From positions 936-64,935 of the forward strand of contig JAQBEH010000114.1 of assembly GCA_032124015.1 (NCBI GenBank): a DNA stretch of 64,000 bases, written 5' to 3'. The stretch comes from Acidobacteriota bacterium. GTDB taxonomy: Bacteria; Acidobacteriota; Polarisedimenticolia; Polarisedimenticolales; DASRJG01. How positions within the stretch are numbered: position 1 is the first letter of the stretch; each line of letters begins with the position of its first letter. Shown here piece after piece: positions 50,395 to 60,793 of this stretch. The notes under the pieces were generated by a model that was given only the letters and a program-made list of their open reading frames with translations, searched no databases and was not told where the DNA came from. Both the position numbers and the translations under genes were made by a program.

Positions 50395-50410
50395 AGCAAT
50401 GGCCGCGCCA
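50395..50410 (-). promoter_or_regulatory. sigma-54 (-24/-12) promoter candidate for the cus-like operon
   Basis: Minus strand reads TGGCGCGGCCATTGCT versus consensus TGGCAC-N5-TTGCW (one mismatch, correct GG/GC spacing). GGAGG and ATG 50373 lie 22 nt downstream. Confidence 0.55.
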
Positions 50411-50432
50411 GCTGACGAAATTGGGTTTCTTG

Positions 50433-50450
50433 GCGCGATTTGGATCGCGC
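50433..50450. promoter_or_regulatory. perfect inverted repeat GCGCGAT-N4-ATCGCGC (activator site or GH65 terminator)
   Basis: Lies about 25-40 nt upstream of the -24 element and 56 nt downstream of the GH65 stop. Confidence 0.35.
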
Positions 50451-50505
50451 GAGCCACGGTGTGTGGCATATGCAGCAGCGACCTGCTTTGGATCCGGCAC
50501 AGGCT

Positions 50506-53500
50506 TCATGTCCCCCCAAGGCTATTCGTTGTGCCGGCATTCAATCGAAAGACACGGGTGCTGTTGCTGACGAATTCGCTGTCCTCACCGTCGACGCAGA
50601 AGGCAATCGGCGGCGCCGGATCATCACGCCCGGCGACGGTGAGCGCGTCAGGCGTCAGCCGCAGATCGAGTGAATGTCCGCGGTAACGTATGCGCATATC
50701 GAGACGCTCCAACTCGTGTGGCAATTCCGGATTGAGTCGCAAAACGTCGCGGCCTACCTCGATCCCCGTCGATACGCGCTGGACCAGATCGACCGTTCCC
50801 GCCATGGCGCCGAGGTGGACGCCCTCCGCGGTGGTGCCCTGCTGAACATCGCTCACATCGCTCTGCAGCGCCTCCGCGAAGTACTCCATCGCGCGCGGCC
50901 GGTCGGAACGTGCCAGAACCCAGGCGTACACCACACGGCAAAGCGTTGAGCCGTGGGACGAGCGGCTGGCATAGTAGGTGACGTTGCGCGGAATGGTTTC
51001 GTATTCGAACGAATAGCCCAGACGCTCGAACAATTCGCCGAGCTCCTCGGCGGAAAACAGGTAGAACAACATCAACACGTCGGCCTGTTTCGAAAGCTTG
51101 TAGCGGTTGGCGCTGTCGTTTTCTCCCTCGAGGATCAGATCGAGACGCTGAATATTCCCATACCGGGTTCGGTAGTCCTCCCAATCGAGCTCGCGCAATT
51201 CGTCGTAGCCCTCGAACTGGCTGATGATCCCATCGTCATGGAACGGCACATACATCCTGCGACTGATATCGCCCCAGCGCGCGATCTCCTCATCCGATAT
51301 GTCGAGGCGCGTCGTGAGTTCGACGCGACGGATGTCGGGCAGCAGCTCGAGGACCTCCAGCCCCCGGCACAGCACCCATACGGCCATGATGTTGGTATAG
51401 GCGTTGTTGTTGACGCCGGGCGTTGTTGAGTTCGGATAGCCGTCGTGGAATTCGTCGGGGCCCATGACGCCGCGGATTTCGTAGCGTCCGCGCTCGTCAT
51501 CGAAGCTCGCGATGCTCGACCAGAAGCGGGCGATATCGAGGATCAGCTCCGCGCCGTGGGAATGCAGGAATTCGACATCGTGAGTGACCTGGTAGTACTG
51601 CCAGGTGTTGTAGGCGATGGCGCTGCCGACGTGGCGCTGCAAGTAGGAGTGGTCGGGCACCCAGCGCTGCGATCGCGGGTTCAGGTTGAGCGCCTGGGTC
51701 TCCTCCTGGCCGTCGCTACCGCTCTGCCAGGGGAACATTGCTCCCTTGTACCCGACACCCGCGGCGGCCACACGTGCCTCGCCCAGGCGCCGGTAGCGAT
51801 ACATCAGAAGCGATCGGGTGATTTCGGGCATTCGATAGTTGAAGAACGGGAAGATGAACAGTTCATCCCAGAAGACGTGACCTTGGTACGCTTCGCCGGT
51901 CCAGCCCCGCGCAGGCACACCGATATCGAGTCCAATGGAATTGGGCGATACGGCTTGCAGCAGGTGAAACATGTTCAACCGGAGCAGCATCGGGACGTTC
52001 AATTTGAACCCGGGATCGGCGGGCTGGACATGTACGTCGAAGCGTTGCCAAAGGTGCTTCCAGGCAAGAACATGATCAGCCATCACGGCATCGAAGCGAC
52101 TCGCGCGCGCGATCGTCCTGCGCGCCTCCAGACCGCACTCCGAATTGGCGTGGTCGCGCGACGTATGGAAAGATGCGAGTTTTTCCAGCACCAGCGTCTC
52201 ACCTTGCTCGACGTCGAGGGTGAATTCTTGCGCGATGTATCCAGGTTTCTCGATGACTCGGCGCGGAACATCGAGAATTCGCCCGTTTAGAAACGCCCGC
52301 GTTCGTGCGGCCTGAGCCACGTGGATGTGCGATTGGCAAGTGCGCGTCTCGAGGCACACGCCGTCCTCGCCGAACACCTCGCCTCCCACCGGCTCCAGGT
52401 GTTTGTTGTTGAAACGACGGTACAGTTTTGCGCCCCCGTTGACGACCCTGCCGTCGATCGCCGAGCGAACCGTGACCCCGGACGTCCAGTTCTCAGCCGT
52501 GAGCGTCAGCTCCAGCGAGCACAGATGCATGGAGCCCATCGAGATCAGGCGTCGCTCCGTGAGCGTGCTGCACCGCGCCTGGCCATCCTCGAAGCGTATT
52601 TCCCGCAACAACAGGCCACGCCGCAGATCGAGCTCCTGACGGTACGACAGAAGCTTCACGGTTCGAGCATCGAACCAGACGCCATCGGCGATGCGGAAAT
52701 CGAGCGCCAGCCAGTTGGGGAAATTGACGAGATCCTCGTTCTCGACCACGCGGCCGGCAATATCGGTGCGCAACCGGTTGTAGCCGCCGGCGAGGTAGGT
52801 CCCCGGATAATGAACGTCATCCGCCACGGCTCCGGCGGTTGCCCCGCGCGTCGCGAAATAGCCATTCCCCAAGGTGCAGAGGGCTTCACGGATACCCTCT
52901 TGGGCGGGATCGAAGCCCTCAAAGACGAGCGACCATGCGGAGGGCGGCTCCACACCCACCCGGACTTGCGCCAGATCGGTCACGACGACATCGGCGCCGG
53001 CATCGCGGAGCGCCTGCGCGCGCCCGCCGCGATCCACGCCGATGACGCAGCCGAACCGGCCGGCTCGCCCGGCTTCGACGCCGACGATCGCGTCCTCCAC
53101 GACGACCGCACGCGAAGGTGCCGCTCCGACGCGTCGTGCCGCCTCCAGGAAAGCATCCGGGGCCGGCTTCCCCTCGAGCTCGAGACGGGTGACGTCCGTG
53201 CCGTCAACTCGCGCGTCGAACAACTGCGCGATGCCGGCTGCTTCGAGCACCGCCGCGCAGTTGTTGCTTGAGGACACGACGGCGGTCTTGATCTTCTCGG
53301 CCCGAAGTGTGCGCACGAGCGCGATCGATTCTTCATAGAGCTCGATGCCGTACTGCTCCATGTGTCTGAGGAAATACCGGTCTTTCAGATTGCCCAGAGC
53401 GCGCACGCTCTTCACGTCGGGGCCGTCTTCGGGTGAACCCAACGGCAATTCGATTCCGCGCGACTCCAGGAAGGATGCGACGCCATCGTAACGCGGCTTG

Positions 53501-53703
53501 CCGTCGACGTAGCGTGGATAGTCGGTGTCGATATCGAAGGGAATGAATGGCTCGCCTGCCTGGCTGGCGTGCTGCTCGAGAAAACCGTCGAACAGCTTCT
53601 TCCAAGCCGCGGCGTGCACGCTCGCCGTTTTGGTCAGCACCCCGTCGAGATCGAACAAAACGGCGTCGTAGTCCCGCGGGGACAGCGTGGAGATGACTTT
53701 CAT
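50506..53703 (-). CDS. fusion of beta-phosphoglucomutase-type HAD hydrolase and GH65 disaccharide phosphorylase
   Basis: N-terminal [14 protein letters not shown] motif I and VVEDA.VGVEAG motif. The remaining roughly 800 aa have GH65 (maltose/trehalose/kojibiose phosphorylase) architecture. Lower GC (line 51841: 32/60). Confidence 0.85.
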   Translation of the reverse strand: MKVISTLSPRDYDAVLFDLDGVLTKTASVHAAAWKKLFDGFLEQHASQAGEPFIPFDIDTDYPRYVDGKPRYDGVASFLESRGIELPLGSPEDGPDVKSVRALGNLKDRYFLRHMEQYGIELYEESIALVRTLRAEKIKTAVVSSSNNCAAVLEAAGIAQLFDARVDGTDVTRLELEGKPAPDAFLEAARRVGAAPSRAVVVEDAIVGVEAGRAGRFGCVIGVDRGGRAQALRDAGADVVVTDLAQVRVGVEPPSAWSLVFEGFDPAQEGIREALCTLGNGYFATRGATAGAVADDVHYPGTYLAGGYNRLRTDIAGRVVENEDLVNFPNWLALDFRIADGVWFDARTVKLLSYRQELDLRRGLLLREIRFEDGQARCSTLTERRLISMGSMHLCSLELTLTAENWTSGVTVRSAIDGRVVNGGAKLYRRFNNKHLEPVGGEVFGEDGVCLETRTCQSHIHVAQAARTRAFLNGRILDVPRRVIEKPGYIAQEFTLDVEQGETLVLEKLASFHTSRDHANSECGLEARRTIARASRFDAVMADHVLAWKHLWQRFDVHVQPADPGFKLNVPMLLRLNMFHLLQAVSPNSIGLDIGVPARGWTGEAYQGHVFWDELFIFPFFNYRMPEITRSLLMYRYRRLGEARVAAAGVGYKGAMFPWQSGSDGQEETQALNLNPRSQRWVPDHSYLQRHVGSAIAYNTWQYYQVTHDVEFLHSHGAELILDIARFWSSIASFDDERGRYEIRGVMGPDEFHDGYPNSTTPGVNNNAYTNIMAVWVLCRGLEVLELLPDIRRVELTTRLDISDEEIARWGDISRRMYVPFHDDGIISQFEGYDELRELDWEDYRTRYGNIQRLDLILEGENDSANRYKLSKQADVLMLFYLFSAEELGELFERLGYSFEYETIPRNVTYYASRSSHGSTLCRVVYAWVLARSDRPRAMEYFAEALQSDVSDVQQGTTAEGVHLGAMAGTVDLVQRVSTGIEVGRDVLRLNPELPHELERLDMRIRYRGHSLDLRLTPDALTVAGRDDPAPPIAFCVDGEDSEFVSNSTRVFRLNAGTTNSLGGT

Positions 53704-53721
53704 CTAGATCGTAGGCCTCAC

Positions 53722-54162
53722 GATGCCGCCAAGCATGACACGGCGGGCGTCCTTGGGATTCATCTCTCTTACGTCATCCGCAAACTCCAGGCGGCCGGAA
53801 AGATCGTGCCGATGGAGGGCGACGGGATCAACGACGCGCCGGCGCTGGCCCAGGCCCAGGTCAGCCTCGCCATGGGAACCGGGACCGACGTGGCCATCGA
53901 GAGCGCGGGGATCACCCTGCTCAAGGGGGACCTGCGCGGCATCGCGCGCGCGCGCAAGCTCTCGCGCGCCACGATGGGCAACATCCGGCCGAACCTCTTC
54001 TTCGCGTTCGTATACAACGCCCTGGGTGTTCCGGTTGCGGCCGGAGTACTCTACCCGTTCTTCGGTCTTTTACTGTCTCCGATGATCGCGGCGGCGGCCA
54101 TGAGCCTGAGCTCGGTCTCGGTCATCGGGAACGCGCTGAGGTTGAAGAGTGTGAAAATATGA
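53722..54162 (+). pseudogene. copA: 3-prime remnant of a copper-type P1B-ATPase (copA-like), about the last 140 codons
   Basis: [47 protein letters not shown]...[49 protein letters not shown]. No phosphorylation, CPC or N-terminal domains. Begins 19 nt after the GH65 start codon. Confidence 0.75.
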
Positions 54163-55373
54163 AGGCATCGAGCACCGCGATCGTGGCTTTGGTCCTGCTC
54201 ACCTGCTGTGGTGCGCCGCAGCCGACGGTCCAAGACATCGCCTCTCCCGCGGCGCCTGGATCTGCCGAGCCTTGCGTCGAGACCGGAGCCGACGGACGCG
54301 CCTACCTCAGCTGGGTCGAGCCCGCGGGGGAACAGGGCCACACCCTTCGCTTTTCCGTCTGGGAAAAAGACGGTTGGTCCGCACCCCGTACCGTGGCCGA
54401 GGGCTCGAACTGGTTCGTGAATTGGGCCGACTTCCCGTCGGTCACAGCGCTCGACGACGGCACGCTCGCCGCGCACTGGCTCGAAAAGACGGACAAAGGC
54501 ACCTACGCCTACGCCGTGATGTTGTCGTTTTCCCACGACGACGGGAAAACCTGGAGCGAGCCCAAAACGCCCCACGATGACTCGCCGACGGAGCATGGCT
54601 TCGTCTCGAAGGTGGCGCTCCCCGGTGAAAAAATGGCCACCGTCTGGCTCGACGGACGCGAAACCGGCGGCGGAGACGAAGAGCACGCGGGGCCGATGAC
54701 GCTTCGGGCGGCCTTCGTCGGGGCGGACGGCCGGGTCGAGCGTGAGGACCTGATCGACGCTCGCGTCTGCGATTGCTGCCAGACCTCAGCGGTGCGGCTC
54801 GAAGACGGCACACTGGTCGTCGCCTACCGGGATCGTTCCGAGGACGAGATCCGCGATATCGCCGTCGCGCGTTTCGACGGCGATCGCTGGTCAGAACCTC
54901 GTTCCGTCGCCGACGACCGATGGATGATCCTCGGTTGCCCGGTCAACGGCCCGGCGATCGCCGCCAGGGGCGATCGGGTGGCGGTCGCCTGGTTCACGGC
55001 GGCCGGATCGCCTCCCGTTCCGAAGGTCCGCGTCGCGTTTTCGCGAGACGGCGGCCGTGGCTTCGGCTCCCCGATCGACGTCAACGTGGGACGTCCCGAA
55101 GGCCGTGTCGATGTCGTCTTCCTCGAGGACGGCGCCGCGCTCGTCACATGGATCGATGTCGTCGACGGCTCGGCGCAGCTTTTGGCCCGACGTGTCGAAG
55201 TCGACGGCTCGGCCGGACCGCAGTTCCGGATCGCGCCGGCTAACGCTTCGCGGGCGGGTGGTTTCCCGCGTATGACGAGCCTGGGAGCGGACGTGTTGAT
55301 CGCGTGGACCGAACCCGGCGAGCCTTCGCACGTAAGGACGGCTAGAGTCCGAACTTCTTCATCCGGTAGATGA
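54159..55373 (+). CDS. BNR/sialidase-fold lipoprotein
   Basis: Lipobox [15 protein letters not shown] motif. ATGA overlap with the copA remnant stop. Confidence 0.6.
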   Translation: MKASSTAIVALVLLTCCGAPQPTVQDIASPAAPGSAEPCVETGADGRAYLSWVEPAGEQGHTLRFSVWEKDGWSAPRTVAEGSNWFVNWADFPSVTALDDGTLAAHWLEKTDKGTYAYAVMLSFSHDDGKTWSEPKTPHDDSPTEHGFVSKVALPGEKMATVWLDGRETGGGDEEHAGPMTLRAAFVGADGRVEREDLIDARVCDCCQTSAVRLEDGTLVVAYRDRSEDEIRDIAVARFDGDRWSEPRSVADDRWMILGCPVNGPAIAARGDRVAVAWFTAAGSPPVPKVRVAFSRDGGRGFGSPIDVNVGRPEGRVDVVFLEDGAALVTWIDVVDGSAQLLARRVEVDGSAGPQFRIAPANASRAGGFPRMTSLGADVLIAWTEPGEPSHVRTARVRTSSSGR

Positions 55374-56706
55374 GCGTCTGCCTGGAAATCCCCAAGAATC
55401 GGGCCGCCGAGCTCTGATTCCCACCCGAGCGCCTGAGCGCCTCTTCGATCAGCCCGCGCTCGACGTCCTCGAGCACGATCCCGCCGGGCGGCAGGTCCAT
55501 GCGCGCCCCTCCGAACCGAGGCGCGTCGCGCCTGAGCGCCTCGGGGAGGTCCGCTGCGGCGATCGTCTCGGAGCGGCCGAGCACGACGAAGCGCTCGAGC
55601 AGATTCTCGAGCTCCCGGACGTTGCCCGGCCAGTCGTAGCGCTCGAGCCGGTCGAGGGCTAAAGGCTCGACCCGCGGAACCGGACGGCCGTGGCGCTGCG
55701 CGTGCTTGACGAGGAAATGCTCGATGAGAATCGGCACGTCCCCCGGCCGCTCGCGCAGCGGCGGAATCCGCAGCGGGATGACGTTGAGCCTGTACCAGAG
55801 GTCTTCGCGGAACGTGCTCTCGCGCACGCGGGCCTCGAGGTCCACGCGGGTCGCGGCGACGACGCGAACGTCCACGCGCACGGGGGCGGTGGCTCCCACC
55901 TTGTCGACCTCGCCTTCCTGCAACACGCGTAGCAGGCGCGCTTGAGCCGGCAAGGGGAGGTCTCCGATCTCGTCGAGGAAAATCGTCCCACCGCCGGCGG
56001 CCTCGAACTTCCCCTTGCGGTCCTCGATCGCGCCCGTGAACGCCCCCTTGCGGTGGCCGAACAGTTCGGATTCCACGAGCGACTCGGGGATGGCCGCGCA
56101 GTTGACCACGACGAAGGGGCGATCGTGGCGTGGCGAGAACTCGTGGATCGCGCCCGCGGCCAGCTCCTTGCCCGTCCCGCTTTCCCCGAACAGCAAGACC
56201 GTCGCATCGGAGTCCGCCGCGAGGCGTAGGTCGTCCAGAAAAGCTCGCAGCGACGATGACGACCCGACGATCGCACCGGAGACGGCGCCTCCCCCAACGA
56301 GCGCGCGCAATCGCCGGTTTTCGTCGCGAAGCGACGCATACGCGAGCGCCTTTCCAACCGAGGCCAGCAACCGCTCCCGCGTGAACGGCTTCTCGACAAA
56401 ATCGAAGGCACCCGACTGCATCGCGCGCACCGCGGTTGCAACGTCGCCGTGCGCCGTGATCACAACCGGCACGACGTCGGGGGCGCTTGCGCGAACGCGG
56501 TCCACGAGTTCCAGCCCGTCCATTCCGGGCATCATCACGTCGGTGATCAGGAGGTTGACTCCGCCCGCGCGAACGGCCTCGATGGCCTCCGCACCGGAGG
56601 CGGCGCTCGTGACGCGGTAACCCTCCTGCTCGAGCTGATAGACGACGACGCGCCTGAGACTCGGATCGTCGTCGACCACCAGGATGGACGCCGGCTTTGG
56701 GGTCAT
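55342..56706 (-). CDS. sigma-54-dependent response regulator (NtrC/ZraR family)
   Basis: REC domain (ILVVDDD), GESGTGKE Walker A, GAFTGA motif and C-terminal Fis-type HTH ([20 protein letters not shown]). Confidence 0.9.
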   Translation of the reverse strand: MTPKPASILVVDDDPSLRRVVVYQLEQEGYRVTSAASGAEAIEAVRAGGVNLLITDVMMPGMDGLELVDRVRASAPDVVPVVITAHGDVATAVRAMQSGAFDFVEKPFTRERLLASVGKALAYASLRDENRRLRALVGGGAVSGAIVGSSSSLRAFLDDLRLAADSDATVLLFGESGTGKELAAGAIHEFSPRHDRPFVVVNCAAIPESLVESELFGHRKGAFTGAIEDRKGKFEAAGGGTIFLDEIGDLPLPAQARLLRVLQEGEVDKVGATAPVRVDVRVVAATRVDLEARVRESTFREDLWYRLNVIPLRIPPLRERPGDVPILIEHFLVKHAQRHGRPVPRVEPLALDRLERYDWPGNVRELENLLERFVVLGRSETIAAADLPEALRRDAPRFGGARMDLPPGGIVLEDVERGLIEEALRRSGGNQSSAARFLGISRQTLIYRMKKFGL

Positions 56707-57842
56707 GAAGCGTCCTCCGTGGCGGCGATCGGCAGCACGAGACGGAATGCCGCGCCACCACCTTCCGCGTTTGCGGCATCGAGTCGGCCGCCATGCGACT
56801 GGGCGATACGGCGACAGACGTGGAGCCCGAGGCCGGTCCCGGCGGCCTTCGTCGTGTAGAACGGCTCGAACAGACGCTCGACGGGGACATCGGGGAGTCC
56901 CGCGCCATGGTCTCGCACCTCGACGACGGCGACGCCCTCCTCGGCCCAGGTCGCAATCTCGACGGTTCCGCCGTCGGGCATGGCTTGGACGGCGTTGAGC
57001 AGGAGGTTCACGAGCACTTGGTGGATCTGGCCGGCGTCGGCACGCACGGCGGGGAGGGCCTCGGCGAGGCGCGTGTCCAGGGCGATCGAAGCGCCCACCG
57101 CGCTCTTGCCGACGAGGTCGAGGGCGGCACGCACGGCCTCGTTCAGCTCAACCGGTCGCAACTCGGGAGCCTGGGGGCGCGCATAGTCGAGGTACTTTGA
57201 GACGATCGCGTTGAGCCGCACGATCTCGCGACGCAAGATGTCGAGAAACTCCCGTCGTGGATGATCTTGGGGATAGTCCCGTTCGAGGATTTCCGCGGCG
57301 CCCCCGATCGCCCCGAGAGGATTGCGAATCTCGTGAGCCATGCCCGCGGTCAACGTGCCGAGCGCCGCGAGTCGATCGGCGCGCCGGACCCCGTCCACCG
57401 TGGCGGTCAGCTCGGTCAGCGCATGGTCGCGTTCGGTGGCGATCGCCTCGGCCTCGAGCCTCAAGCGACGCTCCCGGTCGGCCAGCGCGCCGGCCACGAA
57501 CGCAACGACACCGAACATCCCCAACTCGATGAGCTGATTCGCTTGATAGGCTTGGCTCATGCGCCAATGAAGCAGGATGTGCGGAGCGTAGGCGGCCGCA
57601 CAGACCGCGGCCACGGCGAGCCCGCCCGCGAGGCCGTACCACGCGCACGCGAGCAGCACGGGAATGTAGTAGAGCCGCTGGTAGATGTTGTGCAGCAGGA
57701 AGTGTTCAGGGTTCGTCAGGTAGTGGCCGAGCGAGATCGCGACGATCAGACCGGCGAGCACGACCCACCACATCCGGTGCGGTCGAGCGTTCGGAACGGG
57801 GGCGGGGGGGCTTGCGGTGGCGCCGGTCGTCATGGCGCCCAC
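56703..57842 (-). CDS. membrane-embedded sensor histidine kinase (no obvious periplasmic domain)
   Basis: Four hydrophobic segments, then AHEIRNPLGAIGG H-box and N/G1/G2 boxes. 4-nt overlap with the regulator gene. Confidence 0.85.
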   Translation of the reverse strand: MGAMTTGATASPPAPVPNARPHRMWWVVLAGLIVAISLGHYLTNPEHFLLHNIYQRLYYIPVLLACAWYGLAGGLAVAAVCAAAYAPHILLHWRMSQAYQANQLIELGMFGVVAFVAGALADRERRLRLEAEAIATERDHALTELTATVDGVRRADRLAALGTLTAGMAHEIRNPLGAIGGAAEILERDYPQDHPRREFLDILRREIVRLNAIVSKYLDYARPQAPELRPVELNEAVRAALDLVGKSAVGASIALDTRLAEALPAVRADAGQIHQVLVNLLLNAVQAMPDGGTVEIATWAEEGVAVVEVRDHGAGLPDVPVERLFEPFYTTKAAGTGLGLHVCRRIAQSHGGRLDAANAEGGGAAFRLVLPIAATEDAS

Positions 57843-57879
57843 GATTGTAGGCTGTCGGAGGCGCCGATGGGCAGACTTG

Positions 57880-58362
57880 CTACTTCGCGGCCGCTCGCTC
57901 GGCGGCCTCGTGCTCTTTCATGTGCTCGCCGATCCACCGCGCCATCACGTCGGCGGGCATCGGGGCTAGAGTCAACTGGATCTCGTGATCGACGCCCTCG
58001 CGCTTGATCGTGTAGGTCACCGATTGGCCCGGCTGCCATTCCTTCCGGGCTTTCGCCAGGGCCGCGTTGCTTTCCTTCGCGAGGCGGACACCGTTCAACG
58101 CGTAGAGGATGTCGCCCGGCTGCAGTCCCGCCTTTTGCGCGGGGCTCCCCTCGATGACCTTGGAGATCTTGTAGCCGCCCTGCGATAGGACCGAATTGTC
58201 GAACTCGATTCCGACCCAGCCCGTCGTCTTCAGATCCGCCGACATCCGGTCGAGGCAGTCCTGGACCGGCATCGTGCACTTGTGGGATGCGTCCCCCGCG
58301 AGGACCGGGGCGAAAGCCACGACAGCACACAAGCCGATCGGCACGATGAGACGGCGGAACAT
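57880..58362 (-). CDS. secreted PDZ-domain protein, paralogue 1
   Basis: Signal peptide, Cys pair (C-x7-C), GWVGIEF...VIEGSPAQKAGLQPGDILYALNG PDZ core, and C-terminal MPADV...HMKEH. GAAGGAG RBS. Confidence 0.8.
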   Translation of the reverse strand: MFRRLIVPIGLCAVVAFAPVLAGDASHKCTMPVQDCLDRMSADLKTTGWVGIEFDNSVLSQGGYKISKVIEGSPAQKAGLQPGDILYALNGVRLAKESNAALAKARKEWQPGQSVTYTIKREGVDHEIQLTLAPMPADVMARWIGEHMKEHEAAERAAAK

Positions 58363-58493
58363 AAAGGTCTCCTTCGGTAAACCATGAACATGTTAAGGCC
58401 GCGTGAGCGCTTTTGCCCTGATACGCCCGGTAAAAAGATGTCTGACTTGTCAACACGTTGTAAAGAGCGCGTCATAGCCTGTAGGCTCGGTTC

Positions 58494-60110
58494 ATGGGAA
58501 TCGGCGAATTTCTGAAGCGCCACTCGCTTTTCGCCGGGCTTTTGGCCGTGCTCGTGCCCCTGGCGATCCTCCTCGTCGTACAGTTCGTCTGGCTCTTGCG
58601 TCTCGAGAGCATGCAGGCGATCGCCCAAGCGGCCGCTCTGGATGGCTTCCTCGGCACCGTCTCGACAAAGGTCGAGTATTTCTACCGCGAAACCGCCGAG
58701 CGCAGCCTGAACCTTCCGGCCAGCTTGTTCACCCAGCAGCGGATCGAGAAGGCCGCGTACTACTGGAAGCAGCGTCCGGCGAAGGGGGCGAAGCGGCTTT
58801 TTCTGGTCGACCTGACGCACGCGGAATTCGGGAACTTCCTCGCCTTCGATCCGGAGAACACGACGCTGTACACGCCGGCGGCCTCCGACGAGTCCCTGGC
58901 GATGGTCCTGGCGGCGAACCCCCTTCACATGCTGAACCTGCGGAAGCGCGGCATGGAATCCGCGGCACTGACGGTCGATGAACGGAACCCCGACTACCGG
59001 ATCATCTTGAACCCGATCCTGGACGACGGCGGCCACGTGGTCGGCCTCGCCGGAATGATCCTCGACGAGGAGTTTTTTCGCATGAAGCTCCTCCCCTCGA
59101 TGATCACAACGACGCTGGCGAAATACCTCCCGTCGGCTCCGGACGGCGAATTGGCGGTGACGGTCACCGACGGAGCCGGGAACACGGTGTTTCGCATCGG
59201 GGACGGGAAGGGACGCGAGATCGCGACGCAATCGCGCCTCGGATTCGTTTTCACCGATTGGGACATGGCGCTCTATTCTCCGCGCGCGACGCCGCGGCAG
59301 TGGGCGCGGGCCGGGTTCGTCTTCAACGCTTCGCTCGCCGGACTCTTGGCACTCTTTCTGGTCGGCGGGGTCGTGCTGGCGCTTCGCGCCGCCGGCCGCG
59401 CGGTCAAGCTGTCCAAGATGAAGTCCGACTTCGTGTCGAACGTCTCGCACGAGCTGCGCACGCCGGTCGCCTCGATCCGCGTGTTCGGCGAACTCTTGCG
59501 CCTGGGCCGCGTGGAGGACCCGGGCAAGGTCAAGGAGTACGGCGAGCACATCGAAGGCGAGAGCCGGCGGCTCACCCGCTTGATCGACAATATCCTCGAT
59601 TTCTCGCGCATTGAGTCGGGGCGCAAGGAGTACCGGTTCGCCGAAGGGGAGGTGCGCGAGCTGGTCGAGGCGGTCATTCGCACCTTCGAAGTGAGGTTGG
59701 CGGAACCGGGGATCACAATCGTGCTCGAGGCGCCCGAGGGTCCGTTACCACCGCTGTGGATGGACGCGGACGCGATCGCCCAAGCGTTCCAGAACCTGCT
59801 CGACAACGCGGTGAAGTACTCAGGGGAGGCCAAGGAGGTCGTCGTGACACTGTCCGCCGGGAACGACTTCATCGCGATCGCCGTGCACGATCGTGGGATC
59901 GGCATCGCACGCGACGAGCAACGGAAGATCTTCGAACGGTTTCATCGCGTCGGGACGGGACTGGTTCACGACGTGAAGGGAAGTGGCCTCGGCTTGTCGA
60001 TCGTGCAGCACATCGTCGCCGCGCACGGCGGCACCGTCACCGTCGACAGCGAACTCGGGAAGGGAAGCACCTTCACGATGCGGTTTCCGACCGGGCGTGG
60101 GGTCGCCTGA
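58494..60110 (+). CDS. sensor histidine kinase with large periplasmic domain
   Basis: Two TM segments flank an extracytoplasmic region of about 250 aa. [12 protein letters not shown]-box and HATPase_c boxes. Confidence 0.85.
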   Translation: MGIGEFLKRHSLFAGLLAVLVPLAILLVVQFVWLLRLESMQAIAQAAALDGFLGTVSTKVEYFYRETAERSLNLPASLFTQQRIEKAAYYWKQRPAKGAKRLFLVDLTHAEFGNFLAFDPENTTLYTPAASDESLAMVLAANPLHMLNLRKRGMESAALTVDERNPDYRIILNPILDDGGHVVGLAGMILDEEFFRMKLLPSMITTTLAKYLPSAPDGELAVTVTDGAGNTVFRIGDGKGREIATQSRLGFVFTDWDMALYSPRATPRQWARAGFVFNASLAGLLALFLVGGVVLALRAAGRAVKLSKMKSDFVSNVSHELRTPVASIRVFGELLRLGRVEDPGKVKEYGEHIEGESRRLTRLIDNILDFSRIESGRKEYRFAEGEVRELVEAVIRTFEVRLAEPGITIVLEAPEGPLPPLWMDADAIAQAFQNLLDNAVKYSGEAKEVVVTLSAGNDFIAIAVHDRGIGIARDEQRKIFERFHRVGTGLVHDVKGSGLGLSIVQHIVAAHGGTVTVDSELGKGSTFTMRFPTGRGVA

Positions 60111-60793
60111 TGCCCAAGGTACTCATCATCGAAGACGACGCCGCAATGGCCACGGCGCTCCACGACGGCTTCGCCTACGAGGGGTACGAGGTCGTGCTCG
60201 CGAAGGACGGCGAAGCGGGATTGAAGGCGGCGCGCGAAATGGCTGCGGATGTCGTCATTCTCGACGTCATGATGCCGAAGATGAACGGGCTCGACGTATG
60301 CAAGCGACTCCGGTCCGAGGGGAGCAACGTCCCGATCATCATGCTGACCGCGCGCGGCCAGGAAATCGACAAGGTGCTGGGCCTGAAGATGGGCGCCGAC
60401 GATTACGTCACCAAGCCCTTCAGCTTCATGGAACTGATGGCGCGCGTCGAGGCGTTGCTGCGCCGCACGTCGGGGGGTGCGCGACACGCGGAAGTTTACG
60501 GCTTTGGCGATGTCGTCGTGGACTTCAAGAAGGCCGAGCTCAAGAAGCGAGGCGTGGCCGTCGAAGTGACCGCGCGCGAACTGAAGCTGCTCGAGTACTT
60601 CATCGCTCACCGCGGCGAGGTCGTCCCGCGAGAACGCCTCCTCGATCAGGTGTGGGAGTACGACTCCACGCCGTTGACGCGTACCGTCGACATGCACGTC
60701 GCCAAGCTTCGCAAGAAGATCGAGGACGATCCCGCCGATCCCAGGTTCATCGTGACCGTCCACCGCATGGGCTACAAGTTCACGGGGTCGTAG
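60110..60793 (+). CDS. OmpR/PhoB-family response regulator
   Basis: [27 protein letters not shown] and a winged-helix C-terminus ([15 protein letters not shown]). The ATG overlaps the kinase stop by 1 nt (TGATG). Confidence 0.9.
   Translation: MPKVLIIEDDAAMATALHDGFAYEGYEVVLAKDGEAGLKAAREMAADVVILDVMMPKMNGLDVCKRLRSEGSNVPIIMLTARGQEIDKVLGLKMGADDYVTKPFSFMELMARVEALLRRTSGGARHAEVYGFGDVVVDFKKAELKKRGVAVEVTARELKLLEYFIAHRGEVVPRERLLDQVWEYDSTPLTRTVDMHVAKLRKKIEDDPADPRFIVTVHRMGYKFTGS

Noticed and set aside
54824-56956. 710-aa minus-strand ORF spanning the BNR, EBP and kinase genes
   Set aside because: Out of frame with three genes that carry clear motifs (GAFTGA, Walker A, H-box). The RRR/PRR-rich translation is a shadow ORF.
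58363-58493. Sigma-54 promoter upstream of the PDZ-kinase-EBP operon
   Set aside because: I checked all GG-N10-GC registers on the minus strand by hand. None has a TTGC-like -12 element. The operon is probably sigma-70-driven (a TTGACA is present, but no clear -10).
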